From Eutreptiella sp. 'Long Island Sound 2002' (taxonomy: Eukaryota > Protista > Euglenida), in the NCBI GenBank assembly GCA_964036045.1, contig OZ038378.1, positions 58,156,001-58,220,000 of the forward strand: a stretch of 64,000 nucleotides of DNA, written 5' to 3'. Position 1 is the first letter of the stretch. Each line of letters starts with the position of its first letter. Shown piece by piece: positions 24,676 through 36,017 of the stretch. Made by a program: the position numbers and the translations under genes. Below the pieces are notes generated by a model. That model was not told where the DNA came from. It worked only from the letters and a program-made list of their open reading frames with translations, and made no database searches.

Positions 24676-27027
24676 CTATCCGAGGAGTCTTCGCTTGACT
24701 CCTCGGTTGGCGGTTGTGCGCCCGGTGGAGGAGGAGGTGGTGCTGGCACTGCTGCAGGAGCTGCTGCTGCAGGAGCTGATGGTGCAGCTGCTACTGCCAG
24801 TCGCCGCTCCACTTGCGCCACCTAAAAGAGTGAGAGGACAAAGAAAAATCAATTTTTATGCCCCTGAGTTATATTCTTGAAATTAATGTTATCTATCGAA
24901 AAATTAATTTATATATCGAATATTAATGACCGTGCCTATTAATATTAATCTCGAAATATTAGACAAGTTGCCGCAAATATTAATTCGTATACGCAAGCTA
25001 GCCTGCACAAGCAAAACACACTAGGGCTTCGTCGTTCGCTTTGAGCATGTCGGCCAACATCTTTTGCATGGCCGAGTCGTCCATGGCAAGGAGAAAACAA
25101 ACCTAGTGGTGGGGAAGCAAGGGTGGAGGGCGGGGGGCTATGGGTGGCCATGAGTTTGGCCATGGTTCATGGGGCGGTATGGGTCCCGTAGTTGCGTAGC
25201 GGGAGGTCAAATTTTAAAAACCACCACTCCCACACTTCTGAAACTACCTCCCCCTCCCGCTCCAGTTGGGTTGCCCCCGGCACCCCCCCCCCCCCCGGCC
25301 CGAGTGGTCATTGTATGCGCGCTTAAGGATGGCGTTGAGGCTCTCAACGACATCCGCCCACACGGCACCCAAGCCAACCCCCAAGCGGCGTGCATTGGCC
25401 ACGGCCTCGGTGACATCCTCCTCCAAATAGAGGAGGTATTTTGATTGACAGGCCTCCTTGCAACAATGTGCACGGTAGGCGCGTGCCACCTCGGCCGCAC
25501 GTAGGTCCCCGCGGGGCGGCTTGTCCGTGTACAACTCCCGGAGGAGGTCACGCATGGCCACGACGGATTGCCATTCACCATCCTCCGGGAGGTAGTCCAA
25601 CAACGGACCAAGTTCCTCCCACGCGAGGGACAACGCACGGGCCTCCTCCCCGTCGGGTGCCCCCGTCGCACCCAACTTCACACCCGTGCGGGCCCGGTAG
25701 AGAACACGTTGTACGGCGACGGTGTTCTCCTTGGGGGGGTCCACAAGGCGTGTGTCGATGAACACCACTTTCAGCCGGCCAATGGCCATGCAACAATGGA
25801 GGATGCATAGGAAAGCCATGCACCGGTCAACCACAATTTGTGGATCCCCTATGCATCCCCCATTCCCCAAGCTACGGCCGGTCTCCCTGTAGCGGCGACG
25901 GGCCGCCTCCTCACGGGCCAAGGTGCGCCGGGTCGCCACCTTGACCCATGCTGCCGCAACCTTGTCCCACACCCCCATATTGTAAATTGAGCCCACCAAG
26001 GGCGAGGTGGACACACCGATAAGGCGCCGCACCAACGGTAGGTCTTCCCCGATGACCAACCTGCTTGGCACCCACCGCGACACCCAATGAAACTTCTCGC
26101 ATTCTTGTATGGACTGCAATACCTACAAAAAGGACATGGATTAATATTTACATTAATTTCTCGAGATTAATATTAAGTTAATTTTTCAGTCGGCGTTAAT
26201 ATTAACCGAAAACTAGATATTAATCACGAGAAATTAATGCAAAAACGCAAAAATTAACAAACAACGAATGGGCCACAAACCTTCAAGTTATCGGCCCATA
26301 TCGTTGCAAGTGCCGCCATGTCCTTGTCCCCGCACACGGCCATCCGTATCACCCGCAAGTACGCGGGTGTGCGGCCCCGTGCGCCGTGGTTGAGGAGCCC
26401 AATGGAGAGTTGGGTCCAACTACCACCGGCGCACGGGTACGCATCCCCACACACAATGAAGGTGAGGGGCCTTGTCCAATCGATGGTGTCCACTAGGGAT
26501 GGGCGTGATTGGACGTACCGGGCCCATGAGGGTAGCGGCCAAGAGCGCCCACTCGCGGGGGGATCGGGGACGGACACGGGTGGTCGTAGGTCAAGGGGGG
26601 TGACCAAATCTTTCCATGTGTCCGTGAACGTATCCCGAGTGGGGATGGGGCTGGGGAACGGGAGGCCCGTTGCGGCCGTGAAGCCCGACCCCCGGCGGCT
26701 CATGTACTCCGACACGTGCCGGAAGCCGAGCTCGGGGACGTTCAAGTCCATGAGGAGGCCGATGAGGTCCGGGGCCGCGAAGAGGTGGGAGGCATATTGC
26801 TTCACCGCCTCCACTTGCCGAGTACGAATAAGGGAGGGGTAGCCAACCTCCATCGCCTCGGACCATCGTGCCCGGGCCAAAGGGAATGAGGTCACCCACT
26901 CACCAAGGAGTTGGGAGACCAAAGGGTCCCGCAAACTCTTGGGCCCACTCAAACGCACGAGCGTCATTGTAAGCTCGGTAAGGGTGTCCCGAGAGAAAGG
27001 CATAACAAGGGCTATACAAGGGAACAT
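24676..27027 (-). CDS. Intron-containing DDE transposase of element C1 (RAG1/Transib/Chapaev-like core)
   Basis: Motifs are IV(C/R)GDAYP (D1), VIG(E/G)D..VRRLIG (D2), CILHCCMAIGR and DVVESLNAILKR (E). A GT-AG intron lies at 26123-26280 (NLK|VLQS). The last exon is inferred and a frameshift occurs near 25285. Confidence 0.72.
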
Positions 27028-27309
27028 GGTGGTGTGGAGGGGGGGGGGATGCGGGCAACCGGAGGGGGGGTGTCCAACACACCCACCAACACAACATTGG
27101 AACCTCTCTACTATACCGTTGTGCAACAATATACCACGTACCACCCCTTATAGGTCCGCATATGTGAATGGAAAAATGTGTACAAATGGCCCAATTGCAA
27201 AAATTTGACTTTAACCTCTTAATATTTGCGAGATTAATATATTAACGCCTTCATATATTAAAAATTAAAATTAGTATATTGACTTCAATCTAGGTCACTA
27301 GGGTGCGGT

Positions 27310-28620
27310 TGTGGGGGGGTGGATATATGGTGTCTTGCGCTGTGGTGTGTGGGGCTGCGGTGTAAAAGATTGTGGTGTAGGCAGCTGTGGTGTTTGGGGC
27401 AGTGCGCAGTGTTTTGGGCTGCAGGGTGGTGGGCTGCAAGATGTGAGCTCTTGCGCGCGGTTTGTGATGGTTCGGGCTGTTGGGGGTAGGCTGAGGGCTG
27501 TGGTGTTGTGGCATAAGGGGTCACGCCACACAACCCCGACGGCCCCACCACCCACCGCACCACCTCCCATAGCCGTAAACACCACAGCTTGGCACACCAC
27601 AACGCCATGCCCTGTAGCCCCACACTCTGCGTCTCAACACACCACGGCCGAATACCAACAGGACCACACCCCACACACCACACACCACACACCCCGCACA
27701 CCGCACACGATAGCTGCCCATACCACACGGGCTGTGGGGTGTTGCTCTGCCGGTGCGGGGCTGTGGTGTGTGGGCCTGTGGGGTTTTGGCGTGAGGGGTT
27801 TTGGTGTGTGGGGCAGTGAGGTGTGGGCCTATGGTGTTTTGGCCTCTGGTGTGCAGTGGTGTGGCCACATCACATGCAACATAAAAACACAACAAACAAA
27901 AAAAATTAAAATTTGGGACCCTGCAATTGATGTTTGCAGGTCAATATCCTGGAGCCAAATATGAATTAACATATTAAATATTAATTGTCGCTGCCGTTAA
28001 TATTAACCTACAAATAAGAATATCACCGATTCAAATATTATCTTTGAAGAAAAATGCATAATACATAGTGACACGCGCCAAGTGGGCATGCATACATTTG
28101 GTGCCACACCATTTGGGGGCTTGGGAGGGGTGGGGAATTTTGGGGGCTCTTAGGGGCTCGGGAGGGATTGCACGGGATGTGGACACAACATACACCAACC
28201 CGCTGGCCAAGTTTGATGGATGTTTTTCTTTGGGTGAGCGAGGGGTTGCCGGGGGGGGGGGGGGGTTCTGGAGGCTTTTTGACCCACAGCCCTAAAAACC
28301 ACACCCCCACAAACCCCAAGCCTAGAAACCACACACCCTAGACCAAAGCCCCCCACCCCCCACCCCACAGCCCAAAGCGTCACCGCCTCACGAACCACTA
28401 TACCAGGGGGGGGGTCAAAAATGAAGCCAAAACTAGCCCCTTTATCTTCTTTTGGGCAATCTGCATGACGTGAACAACAGACACACACACAGACACACAC
28501 ACACACATATCTACAACTTTTTCGCTTTTTTCCATCATGAATCTTCATGTCCACCATCCTAAAAAAAACTGCAAACAATGTGGAAACGGAAAAGGGCATA
28601 CCCTCCCGAACCTTAACCGG
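27310..28620. repeat. Dispersed TG/CA-rich low-complexity repeat family
   Basis: 28290-28620 is similar to 44900-45400; related tracts occur at 47720-48100. Confidence 0.55.
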
Positions 28621-28732
28621 TAGGGCAAGAGGAGGATAGAGGAAGGAGGTCAGAGGGATGTGTGTGTGAGGCGATAGGTGTGTTGGGTTGCCAATATCAT
28701 TGGCCGTATGTGTGTGTGTGTGTGTGTGTGTA

Positions 28733-29482
28733 CCCTTCGTGAACGGGGGTTAAGTGGCCGTTTGAATAATTGCGTGAATTTCACGCGAATTTGACCCATT
28801 TTTGGTGTTTTTTTTTAAAACACTACATTTTAGCTTCAATATGACGTACTAGAGGGGGCGAACCTCAAGTCCTATTTTCAGTCCCCATGATTCAGTGAAA
28901 GTCCCACCCCAAACGGACCCATCAGGCCCAAACGTCGCCCAAAAAAAATCCTGGAATTATGTCCCGGTACCCTTGGGCCCATATTTGAGAAATTCGTACG
29001 AATTTCGTACGAATTTCGTACTAATTTGTAGGAAATTCGTACGAAGTTCATACGAAACTCGTGCAAATTCGGCAGATTCGTACAAAATTCAGGCGAATTT
29101 CGCGCGTGCTGTCTGCGAATTTCGTCAGAATATCCAAACTCGTACGAAATTTGCGCCAATTTCGCACGAATTTCGTACGAATTTGCAAAATTTTCAAATT
29201 TCCGAAGAAAAAAAATCACCCAAATTCACGTGAAATTCACGCAAATTCACGCATGCTCGAATTTGGCAAAGTTGTGTTACGTTCACGGTGATTGAGCCCA
29301 ACATTCGCAAGCTACCAACAAGGTTAAACATCAAGTTTCAAGACATTTCTAAGCACAACATTTTGGCAAAGATGGCACAAGAAATGCAAACGATCGCGCC
29401 AAGTTACGAGCAAAACAAAGCAAAGATTGCTGAAATTCACGGCACCGTGAATCTCGGATTCAAACGGCCGATTCACGAAGGG
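28733..29482. mobile_element. 750-bp MITE with CCCTTCGTGAA TIRs, TA TSD and internal (TTCGTACGAA) repeats
   Basis: TA|CCCTTCGTGAA...TTCACGAAGGG|TA, plus subterminal GGCCGTTTGAAT and ATTCAAACGGCC. Confidence 0.8.
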
Positions 29483-29879
29483 TACATCTGTGCTTCTTGA
29501 AAGGGCGCACCAGGAAAAGGTGCATAGATGCTATATATTTCATATGTAGAGCACACCATGGGCACCACCAATGAGGCGGCACAATAGGCGCTCGTAACCC
29601 CTGATGACCAACTCATCGCGCACACATAGTTGCATAGTAAAATGTCTTGCATCCTTGAATAGCCTGCAACGCGGGGGGAAAAAAGTTAATTTTTGCGTAA
29701 TTTTTTTGAGCCTAACATTAGATTACCTTTTCAGTTCTGATTAACATTTGCCAAATACAAAACGTTAACCCCGAGAACTAAAGCAAAAACTAAAGGCAAA
29801 CGAAACAACCGTATACGTGGGGTTTGCAGACCAAGGGCTAGACGCTATTCGATGTAGCGGGCCCACAATTGCAATGGCC

Positions 29880-30600
29880 AAGAGCAGCCACTTGTGGGGG
29901 GATCCGCCACGGACATGGGTCGATCTAGCGTAAGCGGCGTCACCAACTCCTTCTAATTGTCCCTGAACCGAAGGGGCGGGGAAAGGGGAGGCACGTCGCG
30001 GCGGTGTAAGCGGCCCCCCGGCGGGTCATGAACGCCGACACATGCCAGAAGCCGCCCTTGGGGACATTCAAGGCTATAAGTGACCCGATCAATTCGGGCG
30101 CCGGGAACAGGATGGAGGCATATTGCCTCACAACTTCTATTTGCTTGTTGCGGTTGATTGGAAGTTGGGCAACTTCGGTGGCCTCGTACCACATCGCCTT
30201 GGACAAAGGGGATGAGGTCACGGACTCACCAAGGAGTTGGGAGACCAAAGGGACCCGCAAACTCTTGGCCCCACTCAAACGTGTGAGTGTCACACTCAGC
30301 TCGAGAAGGGTGTCCCGAGAGAAATGGATAACAAGAGCTATACAAGGGAAAAAGGAGGTTGGGAGTGGGGTGAGTGGGGCTACATAACCACCTACACGAC
30401 TATACAACCCCCGTGGTACCCTGTTAAGCACCCTTTGACCACCCAAACACTTGAAGTGGGCACGGTACACGCACCAGCAAAGCGCTGCAAATGACCCAAA
30501 ATTGGGTTATCGTGGTAATATTTGGCAGGTTAATTGTTACCCTCTTTCATGTATCAAAAATCAAAATGAACCATATTGGTTTTAACGTAGGTCTCCAGGG
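29880..30600 (-). mobile_element. Element C3: diverged 5' fragment of the C family (TIR plus start of transposase)
   Basis: FFPCIALVIHFSRDTLLELSVTLTRLSGAKSLRVPLVSQLLGE matches C1/C2. TIR variant ATATTGGTTTTAACGTAGGTCTCCAGGG lies at 30573-30600. Confidence 0.75.
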
Positions 30601-31615
30601 GCGGCGTAGAAGGCAACAGTGAACATGCACGTCCGTGCGCACAGAGGAGACCCCTTGACGTAAGACTTCCACCTTTCATGAGCCCAAAACGAGCAACACA
30701 ATGACCCCTTGCCTAACCTTCAAACTCCAATGTATGTGCCATTCGTGATGTACACATGTGTGATCTATTTTGTGTGGTCGTTGCTCTACCAGTGTTCCAA
30801 CAACTTGTACAAGTGGTGTTTAGGTGCTATTCCGACGAACGCTTTTTTTGAAACCAAACTTTTTTGCGTGGAAATGCACCAAACAACAAACATGAAACTA
30901 TTCGCGAAATGCTTATGGGCTGGCAAATAACACCTTCTGCTATCATGTTTGAATGGACTTCGTTCACGGTAAACGGAGGTCGAAGTATTTTACTTGATCG
31001 CCGGAACAAGACCACCCTAAAGACCGTAGGGTTCGGCTGCTTACTGGGGTCTTGTAAAGATTACGTCAACTTACCCCATCCCTAGTTGAACTACCGGGAT
31101 CTAGTAGGGCCTCATGTCCCGCCACTACTTCCGTCACCACCGCCACCACCCGTGCCACCAACACTAGGGGCAACACTCAGAAGGTACCCTACTCACCTAG
31201 ATTAAACCCAATATATTTAATATTTGGCCAAAAAATAACACGTTAATCTCAAGTTTCAATTTTTTTAGGCGGGGTTAGGGGGTTTGCCGTGAAAATTATG
31301 ACCCCCATGGGTTGCCTTACGGGCTTGGGTGTCATTTCCCCCTAGGGGTTGGTGGGGGGGGTCCTACCCATGTGGTTGTTTCAAAATGTTAAAATGGCTC
31401 TCGGCTTTAATTTTTGTTTTTAATTTTTCCATTAATATTTGAAAAGTTAAAAATTAAAGCCGTCGCGGGCATTAATATTATTTCACAAATATTAACTCAT
31501 TTTCCCAAATATTAACACTCCTAACAATGGCACAACGCAACATGTAATGCATCATGTGTGTGTATATGTATGTTGTCCATGGCCATTGTGGCCCATTGGG
31601 TCCCTATCCGGGCCC

Positions 31616-33490
31616 TCATACCTCATGGGACCCCGTAGTGGGGTCCCACATCTTCGCGGGTCCGGATGGGGGGTTAGTGGGGTTAGTGGGGTTAGTTGGG
31701 TTAGTGGGTTCGGTGGTAGGGTTTGCGTTGGGGGGGTTAGACGCTTCGTTTGTCGGGGTGGGGGGTTTCGCCTTCTTCTTGCCCTCCGCCCGGGCCTCTT
31801 CCTGGTGCCACTCGACCTCCTCGGGGGTGGGGAAGAGGACGGAGCGGCTCACCTGGTAGAGGGTGGTGCCGCCCGGGTATTCCACCCAAACGGCACCGTA
31901 CTTCCGCCCGTGGATACCAGGGACGGTGCCCCTCTCTACCCCGTTGGGGTAATGTACGTGGACGGTTGTCCTTCTTCTCGGCACCCTTGGGGGTGTCGGT
32001 CTTGATTGTGGGGGGGGTTTGCGGTGGCGGTCTCGGGGGGGTTGGTGGGTTTGGTGGCGGGGACGGCCCTCGTAGGCCGTGCAGTGGTGGTGGTCGGGGG
32101 GGGTTTGGGCTTTTTGGGCCGGGGGATCGCCCCGTCGTCGCTTTCGTCCGACGACTCGAAAGAAAACTTTCGTTTCTTGGGGGCGGGTTGGGGGGGGTTG
32201 GGCTTCGCTTGTTGCGGGGGGTTCGGGCGGTGGTGGTGGACGCCCCCCCCCTCCTCCCCCTCGCTCACCCCGCCCCCTCCCATGCTCCCCCACATCTCCT
32301 CATCCTCCCCCCCCCGCATACCCCACCTCCTGCATCCGAGCCCACTCCCTGGGCCGGAAGTGGCGCGACGACACCCATACGCCGCTCACCATGCGCGCAG
32401 TCTCCCAGCCGTGGAGACCGCGCAGGAGAGCAAGGCCCAGGGATGGTCCCCGGGCCACGATGCGATGGAGGGCCCCCAAGGGTACATCCTGGGAGCCCTC
32501 GGCGTCTCGCCAGGCCACCCAAAAGGGCCTTGCATTCGTCGCGTTGACCACGACGTCGATAACTTGAAAAAAATGGAAAAAAAAGTGTGAATTTATTTTT
32601 TCTGCGACTCTTTTAATTTTTCGACTGTAATATTAACCGTTAACTTTTAATATTTCGACCGGCGGTGCAAAACTTAGATATTCATCTCGAGAAATTATTG
32701 CTGGCGACCTAAAAATTAATGCAGGCAGGGAAGCAACATACCTCGAAACTCCCGTTGGTGCCGCCTTCCTTCACTGCCCCCATGGCCTCCCGGAAGTGAG
32801 AGGCGGCACTGGGGGCCTCCACAAGGGCCACAGGGGCTCCCGTGCTGGCCATCAGGGCCGCCCGGGCCGCCGGTTTGGCCACGTTGGCGGCCACCGCGGC
32901 CGCCTTGACCGCGCTGGACTGGGGGACCAAGCCCTCGTACGAGGGCAGGCACCGCGGGTCGTAGATGGGGCGGGGCATGGCCAGGATAGTGGCCCGGTCC
33001 ATCCCGTGCGCCACAACCTTGCCCTGGCGCCACTACCTGACCCAGCCCAGCTGGGCCCAGTGCTGCAGCAGCACCTGGTAATGCGGCGTCCCATAACGGA
33101 CGCCGCGGGGGTCAAAAAGCAAATTCAGTGCGGGCAAAGTGCCCGCACTAATTGCCTCGGGCATGGGGGCAAGGGTGGCACCAGGGAGGGGTTTCCAGAC
33201 CCAGACCCCCCCCCTAGAGGCATCCTTACCCCAAGTTCCTCTATGTTCCCCCTCCTTCCGGCGAATCAAACACCGGATTAACCTCCGAAAAATCCACATG
33301 ACTGTCATGTGGCTATGCCGGGGGGGGGGGAGGAAAAAACTGGTTGACGCCCCGCGCACCCCTGCTCCAGCACCTGGGCTGACCAGGGGATCGGCCCCCC
33401 CTTCCGGGCGGTGGCAAACTGGGGGCCCAGGGCTTTGAGAAGCCACTAGGGGAGGGGGGGGCTGATTGGGGGGGTCAACAACCTCAACTC
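31616..33490 (-). pseudogene. Second gene of element C2 (homolog of 22760-24480)
   Basis: Same peptides as the C1 gene, with an internal stop and an altered splice acceptor near 32563. It ends in PTN repeats and GSHEV*. Confidence 0.5.
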
Positions 33491-33668
33491 CATCCCCGTC
33501 CCCGTCCCCGTCCCCCTCGGCCACCACCACTTCCCCCTCCCCCTCATCCTTAACCCCCCCCCCCAGGCTGGCCTGTACCCCCCCCCCTGCCCCTGGCTCC
33601 TCTCCCTCTCTCTCCTCTCCCTCTTCTCCTTCTTGTTTTTCTTCTTCTCCTTCTTCTCCTTTTCCCGC

Positions 33669-36017
33669 CTATCCGAGGAGTCTTCGCTTGACTCCTCAGT
33701 TGGCGGTTGTGCGGCGCGAGGAGGAGGAAGAGGCGCTGGTGCAGGAGCTGCTGCTGGAGGAGCTGCTGGTGCAGCTGCTACTGCCAGTCTCCGCTCCACT
33801 TGCGCCATCTAAGAGAGTGAGAGGACCAAAAAAAAAAGATTCATTTTTATGCCCCCGAGTTATATTCTTGAAATTAATATTATCTATCGAAAAATTAATC
33901 AATATATTACATATTAATGACCGCGCCTATTAATATTAATCTCGAAATATTAGACAAATCGCCGCAAATATTAATTCGTATACGCAAGCAAGCGTGCACA
34001 AGCAAAAAACACCAGGGCTTCGTTGTTCGCTTTGAACCTGTCGGCCAACATCTTTTGCATGGCCGATGCGTCCATGGCAAGGAGAAAACAAAGCTAGTGG
34101 TGGGGAAGCAAGGGTGGAGGGCGGGGGGGCTATGGGTGGCCATGAGTTTGGCCATGGTTCATGGGGCGGTATGGGTCCCGTAGTTGCGTAGCGGGAGGTC
34201 AAATTTTAAAACCCACCACTCCCACACTTGTGAAACTACCTCCCCCTCCCGCTCTAGTTGGGTTGCCCCCGGCATCCCCCCTCCCCTGCCCGAGTGGTCA
34301 TTGTATGCGCGCTTAAGGATGGCGTTGAGGCTCTCAACGACATCCGCGCACACGGCACCCAACCAAACCCCCAAGCGGCGTGCATTGGCCACGGCCTCGG
34401 TGACATCCTCCTCCAAATAGAGGAGGTAGTTTGATTGACAGGCCTCCTTGCAACAATGTGCACGGTAGGCGCGTGCCACCTCGGCCGCACGTAGGTCCCC
34501 GCGGGGCGGCTTGTCCGTGTACAACTCCCGGAGGAGGTCACGCATGGCCACGACGGCTTGCCATTCACCATCCTCCGGGACGTAGTCCAACAACGGACCA
34601 AGTTCCTCCGACGCGAGGAACAACGCACGGGCCTCCTCCTCGTCGGGTGCCCCCGTCGCACCCAACTTCACACCTGTGCGGGCCCGGTAGAGAACCCGTT
34701 GTACGGCGTCGGTGTTCTCCTTGGGGGGGTCCACAAGGCGTGTGTCGATGAACACCACTTTCAGCCGGCCAATGGCCATGCAACAATGGAGGATGCATAG
34801 GAAACCATGCACCGGTCAACGACAATCTGTTGATCCCCTATGCATCCCCCATTCTCCAAGCTACGGACGGTCTCCTTGTAGCGGCGACGGGCCGCCTCCT
34901 CACGGGCCAAGGTGCGCCGGGTCGCCACCTTGACCCATGCTGCCGCAACCTTGTCCCACACCCCCATATTGTAAATTGAGCCCACCAAGGGCGAGGTGGA
35001 TACACCGATAAGGCGCCGCACAAACGGTTGGTCTCCCCCGATGACCAACCTGCTTGGCACCCAGCGCGACCCCCAATGAAACTTCTCGCAGTCTTGTATG
35101 GACTGCCATACCTACAAAAAGGGCATGGATTAATATTTACATTAATTTCTCGAGATTAATATTAAGTTAATTTTTCGGTCAGCGTTAATATTAACCGAAA
35201 ACTAGATATTAATCACGAGAAATTAATGCAAAAACGCAAAAAACGAACAAACAAGGAATGGGCCACAAACCTTCAAGTTATCGGCCCATATCGTTGCAAG
35301 TGCCGCCGTGTCCTTGTCCCCGCACACGGCCATCCGTATCACCCACAAGTACGCGGGTGTGCGGCCCCGTGCGCCGTGGTTGAGGAGCCCAATGGAGAGT
35401 TGGGTCCAACTACCACCGGCGCACGGGTACGCATCCGCACGCACAATGAAGGTGAGGGGCATTGTCCACTCGATGGTGTCCACTAGCGATGGGCGTCATT
35501 GGACGTACCGGGCCCTCGGGGGTAGCGGCCAAGAGCGCCCACTCGCGGGGGGATCGGGGACGGACACGGGTGGTCGTAGGTCAAGGGAGGTGACCAAATC
35601 CTTCCATGTGTCCGTGAACGTATCCCGAGTGGGGATGGGGCGGGGGAACGGGCGGCCCGTTGCGGCCGTGTAGGCCGACCCCCGGCGGCCCATGTACTCC
35701 GACACGTGCCGGAAGCCGAGCTCGGGGACGTTCAAGTCCATGAGGTGGCCGATGAGGTCCAGGGCCGGGAAGAAGTGGGAGGCATATTGCTTCACCGCCT
35801 CCACTTGCTTAGTACGAATAAGGGAGCGGTAGCCAACCTCCATGGCCTCGGACCATTGTGCCCGGGCCAAAGGGGATGAGGCCACCCACTCACCAAGGAG
35901 TTGGGAGACCAAAGGGTCCCGCAAACTCTTGGCCCCACTCAAACGCACGAGCGTCATGTTAAGCTCGGTAAGGGTGTACCGAGAGAAAGGCATAACAAGG
36001 GCTATACAAGGGAACAT
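33669..36017 (-). CDS. Intron-containing DDE transposase of element C2
   Basis: IVRADAYP, VIGGDQPFVRRLIG, CILHCC and DVVESLNAILKR. An intron lies at 35112-35270, and frameshifts are present. Confidence 0.7.

Larger units (their letters stand above)
20502..27303 (-). mobile_element. Element C1: CMC-superfamily DNA transposon with CCCTA termini, ~28-bp TIR and 2-bp TSD (TG)
   Basis: Left end CCCTAGTGGCCTAGATTAAAGTCAATAT; right end ATATTGACTTCAATCTAGGTCACTAGGG; TG flanks both sides. It is a near-duplicate of 31187-36296 plus a ~1.7-kb insert. Confidence 0.8.

Noticed and set aside
27285-27964. His/Thr/Pro- or Cys/Val/Gly-rich ORFs (also 44641-45468, 47678-48111, 5085-5489)
   Set aside because: They are translations of low-complexity TG/CA repeats.
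31670-31720. GGGTTAGT repeats as telomeric DNA
   Set aside because: The 9-bp units encode the PTN repeat of element C gene 2 on the minus strand.
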